From contig OZ287085.1 of assembly GCA_965645245.1 (NCBI GenBank), forward strand, positions 992,001 through 1,056,000: a stretch of DNA of 64,000 bases, in the 5' to 3' direction. This DNA comes from Massalongia carnosa (Eukaryota). The notes under the pieces were generated by a model that was not told the DNA's origin, did no database searches, and saw only the letters and a list, made by a program, of their open reading frames with translations. Made by a program: the position numbers and the translations under genes. Of the stretch, positions 37,251 through 49,800 are shown piece by piece (the stretch's first letter is position 1; each line of letters opens with the position of its first letter).

Positions 37251-38534
37251 GATGGCAAAAAAGTACATTGCTGGGCCTGAGTTGGTACAAATATCATCGA
37301 AGCGTCAGTTTCAACCGCGATTGAATTCTGGACACGCAAAAATACAAAATCCATCGGACATCAAAGAGCTTAGTAAACTCATTGATCGAAGGCACAAAGA
37401 ACTTTCTTTTTGGCAATTATGCCTCATTAAGGCACTAGGTGAGATTGTGCGGCAGTTGCCTCTTATTATTTAATCGGCCCAAGGCCGGTTAAATCAAATT
37501 GGAAGAACCTTGCGCTCAATTTCCTTTTGGTCAATTGGACCCTTGAAAAAGCCTAAGTTGAAATTCTCATCATGGCAAACAAGCATGTTAAGCAAACAGG
37601 TTTCTCTGTTGAGACATCAGAGTGGACATTGGCTAAGGAGGGACAGTCTTTTCCTTGTCTATAAGAAAGGTCACAGATCCATATTCTTTCAGTCACTACT
37701 TATACAAGTTTCTCGCCTTGTTCAATTGCTTCCCATTCTCCCATTATGTCTATCATAGATACGTCACATCTTTTGGAGAAGGCCAAAAGATATTCGGCAT
37801 GGGCAAGCTATACGAAGGGCATTCTGCTCAAGAATAACTGCGAAGGAGCCATTCTAGAGAATCAATCAGAAATCACCGCTGAAACCATCAAGGAAGGTTT
37901 AATACAAGCAGGCTTCGACGCCAAAGGTCTTTCTGTCAGCATCTTGGTAAAAGAGCTACGTGACGAGAAGAATAGTCAGAAGGCCGAGATGACCAAGGCT
38001 ATAGGAATCATTCACGGATTAGTTGCGGAGTGCCATTACAGCCTCAACGACAACAAGAATGCGGCAGAAATGTGGAAAATCCTGAAGGTTAGATTCCAAG
38101 ATATAGCACCAATGAGCATCAGCGACATCATTCTGAAGGTTAGTTCTAAGAGGATGACTGACTTCGAGACTACTAGCCTATACTGTGCAGAGTACGAGAG
38201 CGCTTTAAACAAAATTAAAGGAATGCTGGACGACAAGGCCAAAGTGGATGTGCATACCGTGGAGTTCATGCTTCAGGGAATGATGCTGGGTAACACCACA
38301 GACGTCTATTCCCCATTGATAGCCCAACTTCGACGAGATTGGACACACGAAACCACAAACCTGTCGGCATCCTCACTCAACTTTCGCACTTTTTAGCTAG
38401 CACTAGAAATTGCATTCGTTACCCATACAAGCCCTCAATAGTCATTGTGATCACGTAGAATTGCTCCCCGACTCTGTAGCTATCTTGGCCGAAAGTTATA
38501 TCGTCCCTTCTGTTGTGGCTGCATTGTGGCAACC

Positions 38535-40223
38535 ATGGGGAGCTCTTTTGTCGTGCCCAACGACGCCCCCCCCGATTCACTAGACGAGCATCGTCACTTC
38601 CTCACCAATGTGCTTAATAACTTAACTAACTGCGAGGCATATCAGAAGCAAAGACCTATGAAGGTTCAGTCTTACACCCCGTTACTCTCCAGTATGCTCA
38701 GCCTACTGGAGAAGATGCGCAACCAGCCCACAATGGATCAGCTCCAAGCTACCATCAACCAAATAAAGAACACTACAGAGCAAACGCTCACTAAAGTCAC
38801 CTATGTCGAGCGCAAGCAAGACACCGCCCGCACAACACCCACTACCTCCTCCGCGGCCACTACTGGCTACAAGAGGACGATAACCTGGGCAGAACGGGCA
38901 GCCTTTGCTGCCTCGGCCCCAACGATCTCTACGCTTTCGGGGACGTCCATCCCCGCTCCTATACTAGAAGAGAAAGCTCGTGAAATCGTCGTCAAACTGA
39001 ACAACGAAGCCATAGCAAAAGATCTGGCCAAACTGGCCTCCTCAGCGCTCAAAGACAGAATCAACGCGGCAATATCTAACGCGTTAAAGGATCATAACAA
39101 CACGAGAATTCCGACCAATCAAAACGCTCCCGCCCCCCCTATTTCCAATGGCACAGCCAAGGCAGCAGCCGTAGCAATAGCAGCAAGGGTCCTCCCTAGC
39201 GGAGACCTACAGGTAATAGTCAACAACGCCTCAGACACGGAACGCCTAAGAAAAGATACCCGATGGGCCATCAGGCTATCGAGCAAAGCTACTATAATAC
39301 AGCCAAGCTTCGGCTTAATCGCGCACTTTGTACCGGCTAATCTAAGCATGACAGACATCAAGGAACGCCTCTGGGAGGAAAATAAGTCACATATGCCCGT
39401 TAGGAATAGGGTAACAGGAGTAGAATGGTTGTCCCGCACGAGTAAGGCAGGAGCCACAGCTAGATCCATGGTGGTATACTTTGAGAACGAATTAGACTGC
39501 AATGCCATTTTGGCCTCGCAGCTATATTTGGATGGGAGATCTTTCGCGGTGGAAAGACATGTTCCGGAGGCCAGGCTTAGGCAATGTTTCCGGTGCGGTA
39601 AGTATGGTCACACGAGCCATGCTTGCCGACAGAAGCATCAAACATGCTTCAAATGTTCCGAAAGTCACCACATGACCGATTGCAAATCGGTCACTCTCAA
39701 ATGCAATGCGTGTGGCAAGGAGGGCCACGGGGCAAGCGCAGAGTCTTGCCCGGAGCGAAAGAAGGAAAAGGCCCGAATGAAGCGGGCCAAAGAAGAAGCT
39801 CTCCCCTTCTGGCCTCTCAGGGCCTCCTCAAGGGAGACCCTAAATGGTCAGGAACAAGAACGGAGCAGTCCGCCGGCATCGACCACGCCGACGGTCACGA
39901 CAAGCAGTGAGGTGACCCCAGCCTCAACCCAGGTGGAACAGGGCCCTCGAACGGGCTCTGTACGAGAGAAAGATTGGCAAACCGTGCCAACTCTCCGCAA
40001 GGGGAAGAAGCGGGCGCATGGGGAGGTAGATCCCCTGGCAGACAACCCCAGTTCTACCAACAGGAGCATGGCACAAGCAGCTTCTAAGAAGGGAAAGAAG
40101 AAACCCTCCTCGAAGGCTGTGGAAGTCTTGAGCGATAAGGAGAACGACGATAGTTCTTCAATGACCACCAGATCGGCAACCCGTCGCTTGCAGCCCAGTA
40201 CTCAGACAGAAGAGGAACTATGA
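38535..40223 (+). CDS. LINE ORF1 (gag-like, CCHC zinc knuckles)
   Basis: QCFRCGKYGHTSHAC, TCFKCSESHHMTDC and KCNACGKEGHGASAESC. Overlaps ORF2 by ATGA. Confidence 0.9.
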   Translation: MGSSFVVPNDAPPDSLDEHRHFLTNVLNNLTNCEAYQKQRPMKVQSYTPLLSSMLSLLEKMRNQPTMDQLQATINQIKNTTEQTLTKVTYVERKQDTARTTPTTSSAATTGYKRTITWAERAAFAASAPTISTLSGTSIPAPILEEKAREIVVKLNNEAIAKDLAKLASSALKDRINAAISNALKDHNNTRIPTNQNAPAPPISNGTAKAAAVAIAARVLPSGDLQVIVNNASDTERLRKDTRWAIRLSSKATIIQPSFGLIAHFVPANLSMTDIKERLWEENKSHMPVRNRVTGVEWLSRTSKAGATARSMVVYFENELDCNAILASQLYLDGRSFAVERHVPEARLRQCFRCGKYGHTSHACRQKHQTCFKCSESHHMTDCKSVTLKCNACGKEGHGASAESCPERKKEKARMKRAKEEALPFWPLRASSRETLNGQEQERSSPPASTTPTVTTSSEVTPASTQVEQGPRTGSVREKDWQTVPTLRKGKKRAHGEVDPLADNPSSTNRSMAQAASKKGKKKPSSKAVEVLSDKENDDSSSMTTRSATRRLQPSTQTEEEL

Positions 40224-43200
40224 GTGAATACACCCACTATCTGTCCATACTTCAGTACAACTGCAACAAATCCAAGAACACTGTCATGGCGGACTTCCTT
40301 CGCAGGGAGGAAACCATGAAATACGGCATCCTGGCCATCCAGGAACCCTGGGCGGGGAACCCCTATCAACACACCACGCACAATCCGGTCAAAAATGTTT
40401 TCCACCTTCTCTATCCCCCCGAAACAGGAGAACAAGAGCTCCCTCCGAGAGTATGCATGTTCGTCAACAAAGACATAGCAAGCGCCTCTTGGAAGGTAAC
40501 CTTCCACTCTCCCGATCTGATGACTTTGCACTTGGAACTTCCTGGCGAAACCCAGCGAGTCATCAATATCCATAACATCTACAATCCCTCCCCCTCTCAG
40601 GGAAAGTACAGCACCTTGCCAGACCTAAGCAAGGCGCTAGAGGTGGAGGGAGAACACATAGTGGTAGGGGACTTCAATCTTCGCCATCCCCTATGGACTG
40701 GCGAAGACTACCATCATCAACATCCGGAGGCAGACCAACTACTGGAGATTCTCGATCAAAGCGAGCTAGAACTTCTGCTCCCCCCTGGCACCATAACATA
40801 CGATCATAGATCAGCACAGAGCACGATAGACTTAACGTTCGCAACCCCCGCAGTGGCTTCAGCCGTACTCATGTGCGATGTGAGAAAAGAGTTGGATTGT
40901 GACTCAGATCACTACCCCATTGGCACAGCATTCGATATCACCACAGTTAAGAGGGCCATAAGGTCCTCTCGCATGTGGTCTAAGACTGATAGGAAAAAGC
41001 TACTAGACACGATGACAGACAAGCTCCCGGCACCTAGGAGCGTGAGCACAGTTCAAGAACTCGACAACTTGGCCCATGAGTTAGTTGAAGCTATCCAGCA
41101 CGCAGTGGAGACAGCAGTCCCACTTTCTAGAGGGTGCAATCATTCAAAACCTGGCTTTACCCCGGAATGCAAAGAGGCAGTCACCCTATGCAGACGTCTC
41201 AGGCGCAAGCATAAGGAAACGCGCTCTCTGGAAGACTGGGAAGCCTACCGAAAGGCGAGAAACGGCAAAAACAAAATCGTACAAAAAGCTCTTAAGACAA
41301 CACATAGGGACAGGGTAGAGGAGGCCACCAGCACTCCAGATGGTCTCTGGAAGCTTGCGAAATGGGCGAAGAACAGGTCGACCCCATTCCAAGCCTTCAC
41401 CCCAACCCTAATGAAAAGCGATGGCTCCAAAGTGACGGAGGCCTCGGGCAAGGCTGAACTGCTTCGCAGACAGTTTTTTCCTATCCCGGACGCCACCAAT
41501 CTTGAAGACATCGCCGATTATCACTATCCAGAGCCAATCCAATTTGCTCCCATCTCAGCTCGGGAAATAACTAAAGCCATCACAAAGGCAGCACCACTCT
41601 CGGCCCCAGGCCCCGACGGACTGCCTAATAGAATCCTCAGAGATGTGTTACCGCTTATCATGCCCACACTTGTAGCTCTGTATAACGCCAGCTGGGAACT
41701 AGGTCATCACCCCAATGCTTTCAGAGAATCCACCACGGTGGTTCTCAGAAAACCAGCTAAGGCCGACTACAGTTTGCCGAATTCATACAGACCCATAGCC
41801 TTGCTCAACACTTTAGGTAAGACTATGGAGAAGATCATTGCAACCAGAATCAATCACGCGGTGGAGACCGAGAGCCTACTCCCCAGACTCCATATAGGCG
41901 GCAGGCGAGCTAGATCACCCGAACACGCCCTCCATCTGCTCCTAGAGGCCATCCACGCAGCCTGGCTTAACAACGAAGTGGCCACAGTGCTCATGCTGGA
42001 CATCTCGGGTGCTTACGATAACGTATCCCACGAAAGACTACTGCACAACCTACGGAAGAGAAGAATAGGCGGCAACATAGCTAAATGGATCGAAAGCTTC
42101 CTTCAGGAAAGGAAAACGACCATCGCCATGCCCGAATACACCTCGCAACCATTCACCACGAACTTTGGAGTCCCTCAGGGATCCCCTATATCTCCTATTC
42201 TTTATCTCTTCTACAACGCCGACCTTATGGAAGAGGAAGGGCCCAAAAAGATGAACTTGGGCTATGTCGATGACATATCCAAACTAATTATTGGAACTTC
42301 AGCAGAACAGAACTGTAAAAATCTCGAAGCCTCGTTCATGACGAGGGAGCAGAAATGGGCGGACACACACGCCTCCAAATTTGCCCCCGCCAAATTCCAG
42401 CTCTTGCACTTCATCAAAGGACCCTCAGAGACGGATTTGAACCCCCCGGAGAGAGCTATCTCCCTAGCGGGCAAAACCATCAAGCCACAGCATACCGCCA
42501 CCTACCTGGGCGCCACATTTGACGACAAGCTCAAATGGCACGCCCATTTAAGGAAACTGGAAGCCAAAACCTCAAAGAGACTGGGGGCCCTAGGCAGCCT
42601 TGCGGGCTCCACATGGGGCACCAGTCTTGCGAGCCTTCGAAGGATCTATCAAGCCACCATACTACCGCAACTCACCTTTGGATGCTCTGCATGGTATGTT
42701 CCCGAGGGCGGATACGGGACTATCACGCAAGCAACCGCCGTGCTCAAAGCCGTCAGATCTATTCAGCGACGGGCGGCACTCATCATTTCAGGGGCATTTA
42801 GAACAACCTCGGGCCCGGCCTTGGATATGGAGCTTCACCTCCTGCCTGGCCGGCAACGCATGGAGCAGGCAGTGAACGAGTCACTACTGCGCATACGTTC
42901 AAGCCCCCTTTACGCCATAATACGTGAGATCCGCGCCTGGACAAGCCAAGCGGACTCCCACTATCGATACTGGAGCCCTCTAGCTAAGCTAGAGTCCCGC
43001 TTAATGACTTCGGGGAAATGCCCTCAACCCTGGCGGTTAGAGGTCATTCTTCCATTCATAGTGGAACCATGGTGGTCTCCCCCCGAAACGCACATTGCTT
43101 CCAGTAAAGAGGAAGCAATCAAAGAGCATGACAAGATGACATCAGAGCCGAACCAAATAGTCATATACACGGATGGGAGTGATAACCCCTTCGGAGTTGG

Positions 43201-44074
43201 TGCGGCAGCGGTCATCCCCAGCGACAACACACGGGTAGGAACCCGCCTCGGAACGAACAAAGAAGCCACAGTTTACCTCGCGGAACTAGTGGGCATCGAC
43301 CTGGGACTGGCAGCGGCTATTGCACGATGGCAAGGGGAGATAATAACGGTTTTTGCAGATAATCAATCAGCCATCAAATCAGTAGCCGACCCCGGAACTC
43401 AATCAGGTCAGTTCATACTACGCGAGATCATTGGAAAACTCCACGCATGCCGGGAGATGCAGGCCAGAGTCAGACTCTGCTGGATACCTGGGCATATGGG
43501 AGTAGAAGGCAATGAGATAGCAGACCTAGCAGCAAAAGAAGCATCAGGCTGGTTAGAACCTGGCCAGAGTCCCTCCATCACCCACTTCGACTTCCTCGGA
43601 CATACAGTGAAGTCGGCGATAAAACGCAACATGAGGACAATGATCAGCAAAGAATGGGCTGGGGATTGGGAGGCAGAAAAACGCGGACAGATGACGAAAA
43701 GGCTCCTCCCCCAGCCCACTAACAAGGTCTTGCAGCTCTACCAGGGGCTTCACAAGTCAATGAGTTCCACCCTGGTGCAGATGAGAACAGGTAAGATTGG
43801 TCTACGCAAGTATCTCTCAGATATAGGCCGCACCGAAACGGGCGAATGCCCATGCGGCTTCGGTTATCAAACAGTTCACCATGTGCTTCTAGAGTGCGTC
43901 AGGCACCATCGATTGCGCATGGAGACTATCTGGATAGGCCGGAAGGTGTTCGATCTCCAAGAAATTTTTAGCACCCCCAGACTGGCCAAGGCAGCATCCA
44001 AATTCATGCTATCCTCACGTCTCCTCGGCCAATTTGGAGACGTGAGGATAGCAACCGAACAATCCACGAGTTAA
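40220..44074 (+). CDS. LINE ORF2: APE endonuclease, RT, RNase H, C-terminal Zn finger
   Basis: GDFN, SDH, PGPDG, GVPQGS, YVDD, YTDGS, WIPGH.G..GNE.AD and CPCG..QTVHHVLLEC in an open 1284-aa ORF. Confidence 0.95.
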   Translation: MSEYTHYLSILQYNCNKSKNTVMADFLRREETMKYGILAIQEPWAGNPYQHTTHNPVKNVFHLLYPPETGEQELPPRVCMFVNKDIASASWKVTFHSPDLMTLHLELPGETQRVINIHNIYNPSPSQGKYSTLPDLSKALEVEGEHIVVGDFNLRHPLWTGEDYHHQHPEADQLLEILDQSELELLLPPGTITYDHRSAQSTIDLTFATPAVASAVLMCDVRKELDCDSDHYPIGTAFDITTVKRAIRSSRMWSKTDRKKLLDTMTDKLPAPRSVSTVQELDNLAHELVEAIQHAVETAVPLSRGCNHSKPGFTPECKEAVTLCRRLRRKHKETRSLEDWEAYRKARNGKNKIVQKALKTTHRDRVEEATSTPDGLWKLAKWAKNRSTPFQAFTPTLMKSDGSKVTEASGKAELLRRQFFPIPDATNLEDIADYHYPEPIQFAPISAREITKAITKAAPLSAPGPDGLPNRILRDVLPLIMPTLVALYNASWELGHHPNAFRESTTVVLRKPAKADYSLPNSYRPIALLNTLGKTMEKIIATRINHAVETESLLPRLHIGGRRARSPEHALHLLLEAIHAAWLNNEVATVLMLDISGAYDNVSHERLLHNLRKRRIGGNIAKWIESFLQERKTTIAMPEYTSQPFTTNFGVPQGSPISPILYLFYNADLMEEEGPKKMNLGYVDDISKLIIGTSAEQNCKNLEASFMTREQKWADTHASKFAPAKFQLLHFIKGPSETDLNPPERAISLAGKTIKPQHTATYLGATFDDKLKWHAHLRKLEAKTSKRLGALGSLAGSTWGTSLASLRRIYQATILPQLTFGCSAWYVPEGGYGTITQATAVLKAVRSIQRRAALIISGAFRTTSGPALDMELHLLPGRQRMEQAVNESLLRIRSSPLYAIIREIRAWTSQADSHYRYWSPLAKLESRLMTSGKCPQPWRLEVILPFIVEPWWSPPETHIASSKEEAIKEHDKMTSEPNQIVIYTDGSDNPFGVGAAAVIPSDNTRVGTRLGTNKEATVYLAELVGIDLGLAAAIARWQGEIITVFADNQSAIKSVADPGTQSGQFILREIIGKLHACREMQARVRLCWIPGHMGVEGNEIADLAAKEASGWLEPGQSPSITHFDFLGHTVKSAIKRNMRTMISKEWAGDWEAEKRGQMTKRLLPQPTNKVLQLYQGLHKSMSSTLVQMRTGKIGLRKYLSDIGRTETGECPCGFGYQTVHHVLLECVRHHRLRMETIWIGRKVFDLQEIFSTPRLAKAASKFMLSSRLLGQFGDVRIATEQSTS

Positions 44075-45875
44075 CGGCAGGCCGGCTCTTGTTTTATCCC
44101 GCTCACAGAATAGTCTCTACCATGGTAGGGCTTGCATGTATCAACACCAAGCACAGGGGCCCAGGAGGGTGGCGTTGGAGTTCTATTTATCGATTTGTCT
44201 CAAGCGGTTTGTCCCTCTGTTCGTGTCTTCTTTTCCCTCTTCCTTGCATTCACAACCCCTCGTACAGCTAAAAGAGTTTTTGTATTTTTTGTACTTTCAG
44301 CGCTTAGTGCAGCAATTCTGCCCTCAGCAGACTTAGATACCCATCCCCTGGGACACCCCCCGATGTAGTTTAGCACTCCCGCATAAGGGCCTTCGGCCCT
44401 TGGATCGGTGTATGAATCAATCAATCAATCAATCAATCAACAAACCTGTCGGAAGCAATGAAGACCATTGATGCTTATTCTGTCAACATGAAAAACACCA
44501 AGGCACTTCATATCAGCTCACCTGACTCGAGAGGTCGAGCCCCATTTGGGACCTGCACCTTCTCTGAATGTGTCGAGAGGAAGAACACTCGTCATTGGCC
44601 AGATAACTGTTGGCAGAAGTTTCCACAGCTAAAAAGACATAGAAGTTCGCTCGAATCCGGAAGAGCAAAGAAACAGAAGACTACCTCGTCAGAAACGAAG
44701 GCGGACTTGCCTAATACATCACCCAGCATTCCAACGGTTAGTAGTTGACTCACACAGGTCATGGCCATAAGACTGCAAAAAGTCATGACCATGACGAATC
44801 TGAACAAGAACTCGTGGTTATTGGACAGCGCTGCAGATATGCACGTATGCAACCACAGATACTCGTTCACTGACTATACGAGCTACTCCACTGATCTAGC
44901 AGGGTCAACGTCCACAGGAACGTCGCTAGGAAGAGGAACCATTCATAAGACATTGATCTTGGAGGACGGCTTACCCTCGTCGATACTGATTCTTAACAAT
45001 GTTCTCTACATTCCTCAATGTCCGGTGAATCTTGTGAGTTTGGGAATGCTGAATCAACACGATATCTTCTATGACAATTCAAACTGGAGACTGTTCATGG
45101 GATCCACTGCAAAAGTCATAGAGCACGTACCGAGAGTTGACAACAACTTCATGCTACAGACCGTTGACACCCCAGATATGAGGATGCATTTGAGCAAAGT
45201 GGACGAGGACACCTATCAAGGACTGGACGTCACTATTTGTCAAATATCTGTCAAATCAAAACTCACTACATGGCATGCAAGGCTTGGTCATCTCAACATT
45301 CCGACGTGTCGAAAATATTTGAAAACGCTATACATAACTTCTGCAAATACGCGTTATGATCGACTGCGGTTCTACTTGGAATTTCCTTTTTCAAATAAAG
45401 GTGAAGGAGGCTGCCTTGCGAATCCTTGCCGAGTTCTCCCCGCCGTCGGAGTTGAAGACACTGAATGAAACGCTTCTACAAACTTATCATAATCACATTC
45501 TACAAGTTGGAGTCGTTGATGATAAGGGTGTAGAGGTACGAGCGGATCAAATGTTCGTGAGTGCTGACATGTTTGACGTTGATATGGTACTGGGAATGCC
45601 CTGGGTAGATCAGGTTGACCCGGTTATCCGCTGGCACAAGCGCAAATTGTTCCATATTCGTTCATCGGGAAACGAGGACGGTCAGGCGTGTCTGCATGAG
45701 GTCTATGACCTTGAGACTGGTGAGCCTGTAGTCGAGCGGACACAAGTCCGTCGAAGTAATACTTTCGATAGTCATTCAGATATAGCGGTAGTAGACACGC
45801 AGGGAATTCGAAGGCTGTGCGCAGAAGAGGGAATACAAGCATTTCTTTTAAATGATCAAGATCTCGATCAAACGG

Positions 45876-46207
45876 TGTGAAGGGATAAACTGGGTGGTGG
45901 CGAACGATAGAAGGATGAAACAAACAAACAAATGACCGAATCAACAGAGCCTCACTGCATCGATGAATTAATCGTCATGCCCATCAATGGCCGACTAGCT
46001 GTATGAATGAAAGTGTCTATGATAGCTGTAATTGTTGATAGCAGTATGATCCGAAGATGGATATCCCGAAAGATGAGAAGGAAAGTTTCAGAAAAAGACT
46101 CATATAACCGGAACGCCAAGACGCCAGCACCCGACCACATGACCAATCACCTGACTCATCACCTCACTTGCCACCGACCCGGTGGAGTTCCACTCCACCC
46201 CTCTACA
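45876..46207. repeat. Solo LTR in Gypsy-C
   Basis: TGTGAAGG...CCTCTACA flanked by ACGG. Removal restores DQTGIVIGSVTEV in frame. Confidence 0.75.
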
Positions 46208-46823
46208 ACGGGAATCGTAATTGGTTCTGTGACTGAAGTATCAACTGAAATTTCTTTCAAATATGTCGACTATAGTGATGTGTTCTTCAAAGAGAAAGCA
46301 CATAGATTATCGGAACATGGACCTCATGATCATGTGATTGAGACCGAAGGATTATTCCGTTCGGGTCTATTTATAATTTATCGCTGACAGAATTAAATGC
46401 ACTGCGTGAGTATTTGGACGAGCAATTAGCTAAAGGTTCAAGCAAGTCCTCGGCTGAAGCATCTAATTTATATTATTCGGGAAGAAAAAAGATGATGGCC
46501 TGCGACTATGCGTCGATTATCGAGCTCTTAATGCAGTAATGTTGAATAGGTCTATGACTATGTAAAGATAGGGGCCTGTATGACCATGATGTTAAGGATG
46601 CAGAGTTGCTACGGAGTGCAGAGCAATCTGTTCCTTTTATCTTGGTCACCTCTGCTAAGCGAGATGATAATAGTTTATCCGAGCCTCTATGCGCTTAGAT
46701 TAGATCTGATATTATCTAATCTATCGGCTAGGCAATGCTGGTAGAAGTTGAACATTCAACACCCTCCCTCAAGTTCTGCCAGTACTTGTTCTGATGATCA
46801 AAACTGCGCTGCGCGGTGTGAAC

Positions 46824-49800
46824 TCAACTAGATGAATTCATGTGAAGTTGTCTGATGAAGGAGAAGAATTTGACGTGGGTAAGCGGTTTGGTCAGTCCGT
46901 CCGCTACCATGTGTTCTGTTGAAACATAGGTAAGGTCTATTCGACCCTCTGTGACCTCATTCCGTATGAAGTGATGCTGAATGTCGATGTGCTTAGTCCT
47001 TGAATGTAAGACGGGATTATTGGCCAGTGCTATAGCACTCTGATTATCACCTTTCGATGCTATAGCGCCTTCCCTTTCAAGTACATTCACTGTCGGAGTA
47101 GCATCATCCTGCATCAGCCCGAGTTCTGTCATCAATAAGCGTATCCATATGGTCTCCTTAGCAGCTAAGGTGAGTGCCATATATTCGGCTTCTGTGGATG
47201 AGAGGGCAACGGTTTTCTGTCTTTTTGAGGCCCAACTGATTGGTCCATTGTTCAGCATGAAGACGTATCCGGAGGTGGACTTGCGGTCTTCCTTGTCACC
47301 GGCCCAATCAGAATCGGAATAGCCCTGTATAGACAAATCTCCGCCACCAAAGGTAATGCCTCTGTCTCTGGTTGCACTGAGATATCTGAGAATCTGCTTG
47401 GCTGCCTCCATGTGTGATTTGCCAGGATTTTTGGCATGTCGGCTGACCACTGAGGTCGCGTAGGCAATGTCAGGCCTTGTTTCTATCATAGCAAACATGA
47501 TGGAGCCGACGATTGCTTGATACTGTTTAATGTCTGATTCTGAGGCCTGGGATTCATTTCTGAATAGACTGCCTTCTTTCATTGGGGTGGTGGTAGTTTT
47601 CGCGTTCTGCATATGAAACTTCTCCAGGACCTTTTCGATGTAGGTAGATTGAGATAGTTTGATTGTTCTGTTATCGCGATTTCGTTCTACCTTTAGGCCT
47701 AGATAATGACTGATTGGGCCCATGTCCACCATCTTGAACGCAATGTTCAGTTGTTTCTTGACTTCAGATATCATAGGAGATCCCTTTGGACCTATGATGT
47801 TCAGATCATCAACGAAGGAGGTAACAATTGGACCTCTTATTCCTGCCGAAGAGGAGAAGATACTATGATCTGCGTGAAGTTTGGACAGACCCAGCTTGGT
47901 AAGTAGAAATTCGGATAGCCTTTCATACCATAGGCGTGGAGATTGTTTCAGGCCATAGAGAGCCTTGTTCAGTTTGCAGATCATGCCCGCTTTTTCATAT
48001 CCTTTGGGCATTTGGACGTAAATCAATTGATCTATTACCCCATACAAGAATGCTGTGACGACATCAAGCTGTTCGATGTCCAAGTCATGATGAGCTGCTA
48101 TGGCAAACAATAATCGGAAGGCCATTGGTTTCACTACGGAGGCATAGGTCTGTTCGAAATCTACTCCGTACTGCTGGAGATAGCCTTTCACCACCCATCT
48201 GGATTTGTACCGTGTGATATTTCCATTGACGTCTCGTTTCAGTTTGTATACCCATTTTCCACTGAGAGCAGTATGATTGGGCTCCATATCCTCGGTTCTG
48301 ACAAGAGTCCATGTTTCGTTCTCGAGAAGACTGTTGTGTTCATTGTCCATGGAACGACTCCAGCTTTCGGAATGTGGACCTTTCATAGCTTGATGGTATG
48401 TCTGAGGTTCAGCTATGTCGAGTTGAGACAGTGCGTCATAGTCTTCCAATCCTGATGATCCTTCCTTTTCCAAGGTTCTGGCAAGAAGAACGAGTGGATC
48501 CTCTGTGTCTATGTCATCGTATGTAGGAGTATGATTGGGTTCATCTAAAGCTGTGTCTGATAGAAGAGACAATGCGTGTTCTATCTGAGCATGCTTCCTG
48601 GGTCTGCCACGTCCACGTTTTGGAATCGTTGTGGGGGATGAAATGACTGTTGATTTTGATGGAGTGACTGTATCGGGAGTCATGATGGCCTCGTATGTAG
48701 GAACGTTGGTCTGGTCTTTGGAGATGGCGTCTTCGTGAATGCGCAGATCTTTGACCCTGATGACCCTGTAGTCCTTTTCCAGAAAGACTCGATAGATTGT
48801 GCATCCATCGTACCCACACAAGACTCCGCGTTGGGCCCGAGGTAGAAATTTGGCCGATTTGCTGTTGGCGCCTTTGCGTTCTTCCTCATGAATGAGGACA
48901 TACACGGTTGATCCCAACACTCGCAGATGATTCAGAGGAGGTGACTTTGACTCGTAAATTTCAAATGGGGTCTTTCCGGATAAAGCATTTGTAGGTCTGA
49001 CGTTTTTTGTGTGAACCATAGCTAAAACCACCTCTGTCCATAGGTAGTCCGGAATGCCTCCTGCAATGATGGTACATCTAGTCATGTCCATGATAGTTCT
49101 GCCTGTTCGTTCAGACACACCGTTTTGTTCCTGTGAATACGGTGCGGAGGGTTCAAACGTTATCCCTTCTTTCAGGAACCAATCATCCGATTTCAGACTT
49201 CGAAGTTCTGTGCCGAAATCAGTTCGAAAGATGTTTATTGGCTTGCTCTTTCCTGTCTTGTTCTGAGCTAGACTGTAGTATGTCAACAGATGATCAAACC
49301 ATTCGCTCTTCTTGATGCCTGTATACACATGAGTGTATCTGCTGGCATCGCAGGTGAAGGTAAAGAAGTACTGTTCTTCAAGAAGTCCTGCTGGTTTGAT
49401 GGGTCCTACTAGATCGGAATGAACCTTTTGAAAGATGCCTGTTGCTCTCTCCTGAGGTGTCCGGTTGTATATCTTAGTGGCCTTTCCGAGTTCACAGGAT
49501 GAACAGTACCAATCTTTGTTCACGTTGTCTGAGTACGACACATCGAGTCTTTTCAGAAAAGCTCGGCAGGTGATCAGGTTTAAATGACCAAGACGCGCAT
49601 GCCATGTTGACAGGTCTGTTATGGCTGACGTGTGGTAGACTGATGTGTTCGGCCACTGAAAGGTGCTCTCATCTGTCTGCATAAGATGTGTAGCCACGTC
49701 TGGGGCGTCCAAGGTCTTTAGTACAAAGTTTGTATTGACTCTTGGCACATAGCCTATGATGTTCTGACTAATCCCGTTGAATAGGGTCCAGTTAACATTG

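Larger units (their letters stand above)
38368..44440 (+). mobile_element. Full-length Tad/CgT-type LINE
   Basis: Two intact ORFs, an (AATC)n tail and a 12-13 bp TSD (A)CAAACCTGTCGG. Removing it restores the Copia-B gag. Confidence 0.95.
33850..45330 (+). mobile_element. Ty1/Copia element (Copia-B), 3'-truncated, hosting the pogo and LINE insertions
   Basis: Partial 5' LTR ending TCAACA at 33986, homologous to the Copia-A LTR, then PBS GGTTATGAGCCC. gag at 37746-38367 plus 44453-44748, protease WLLDSAAD and WHARLGH. Then switches abruptly to Gypsy sequence. Confidence 0.85.
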
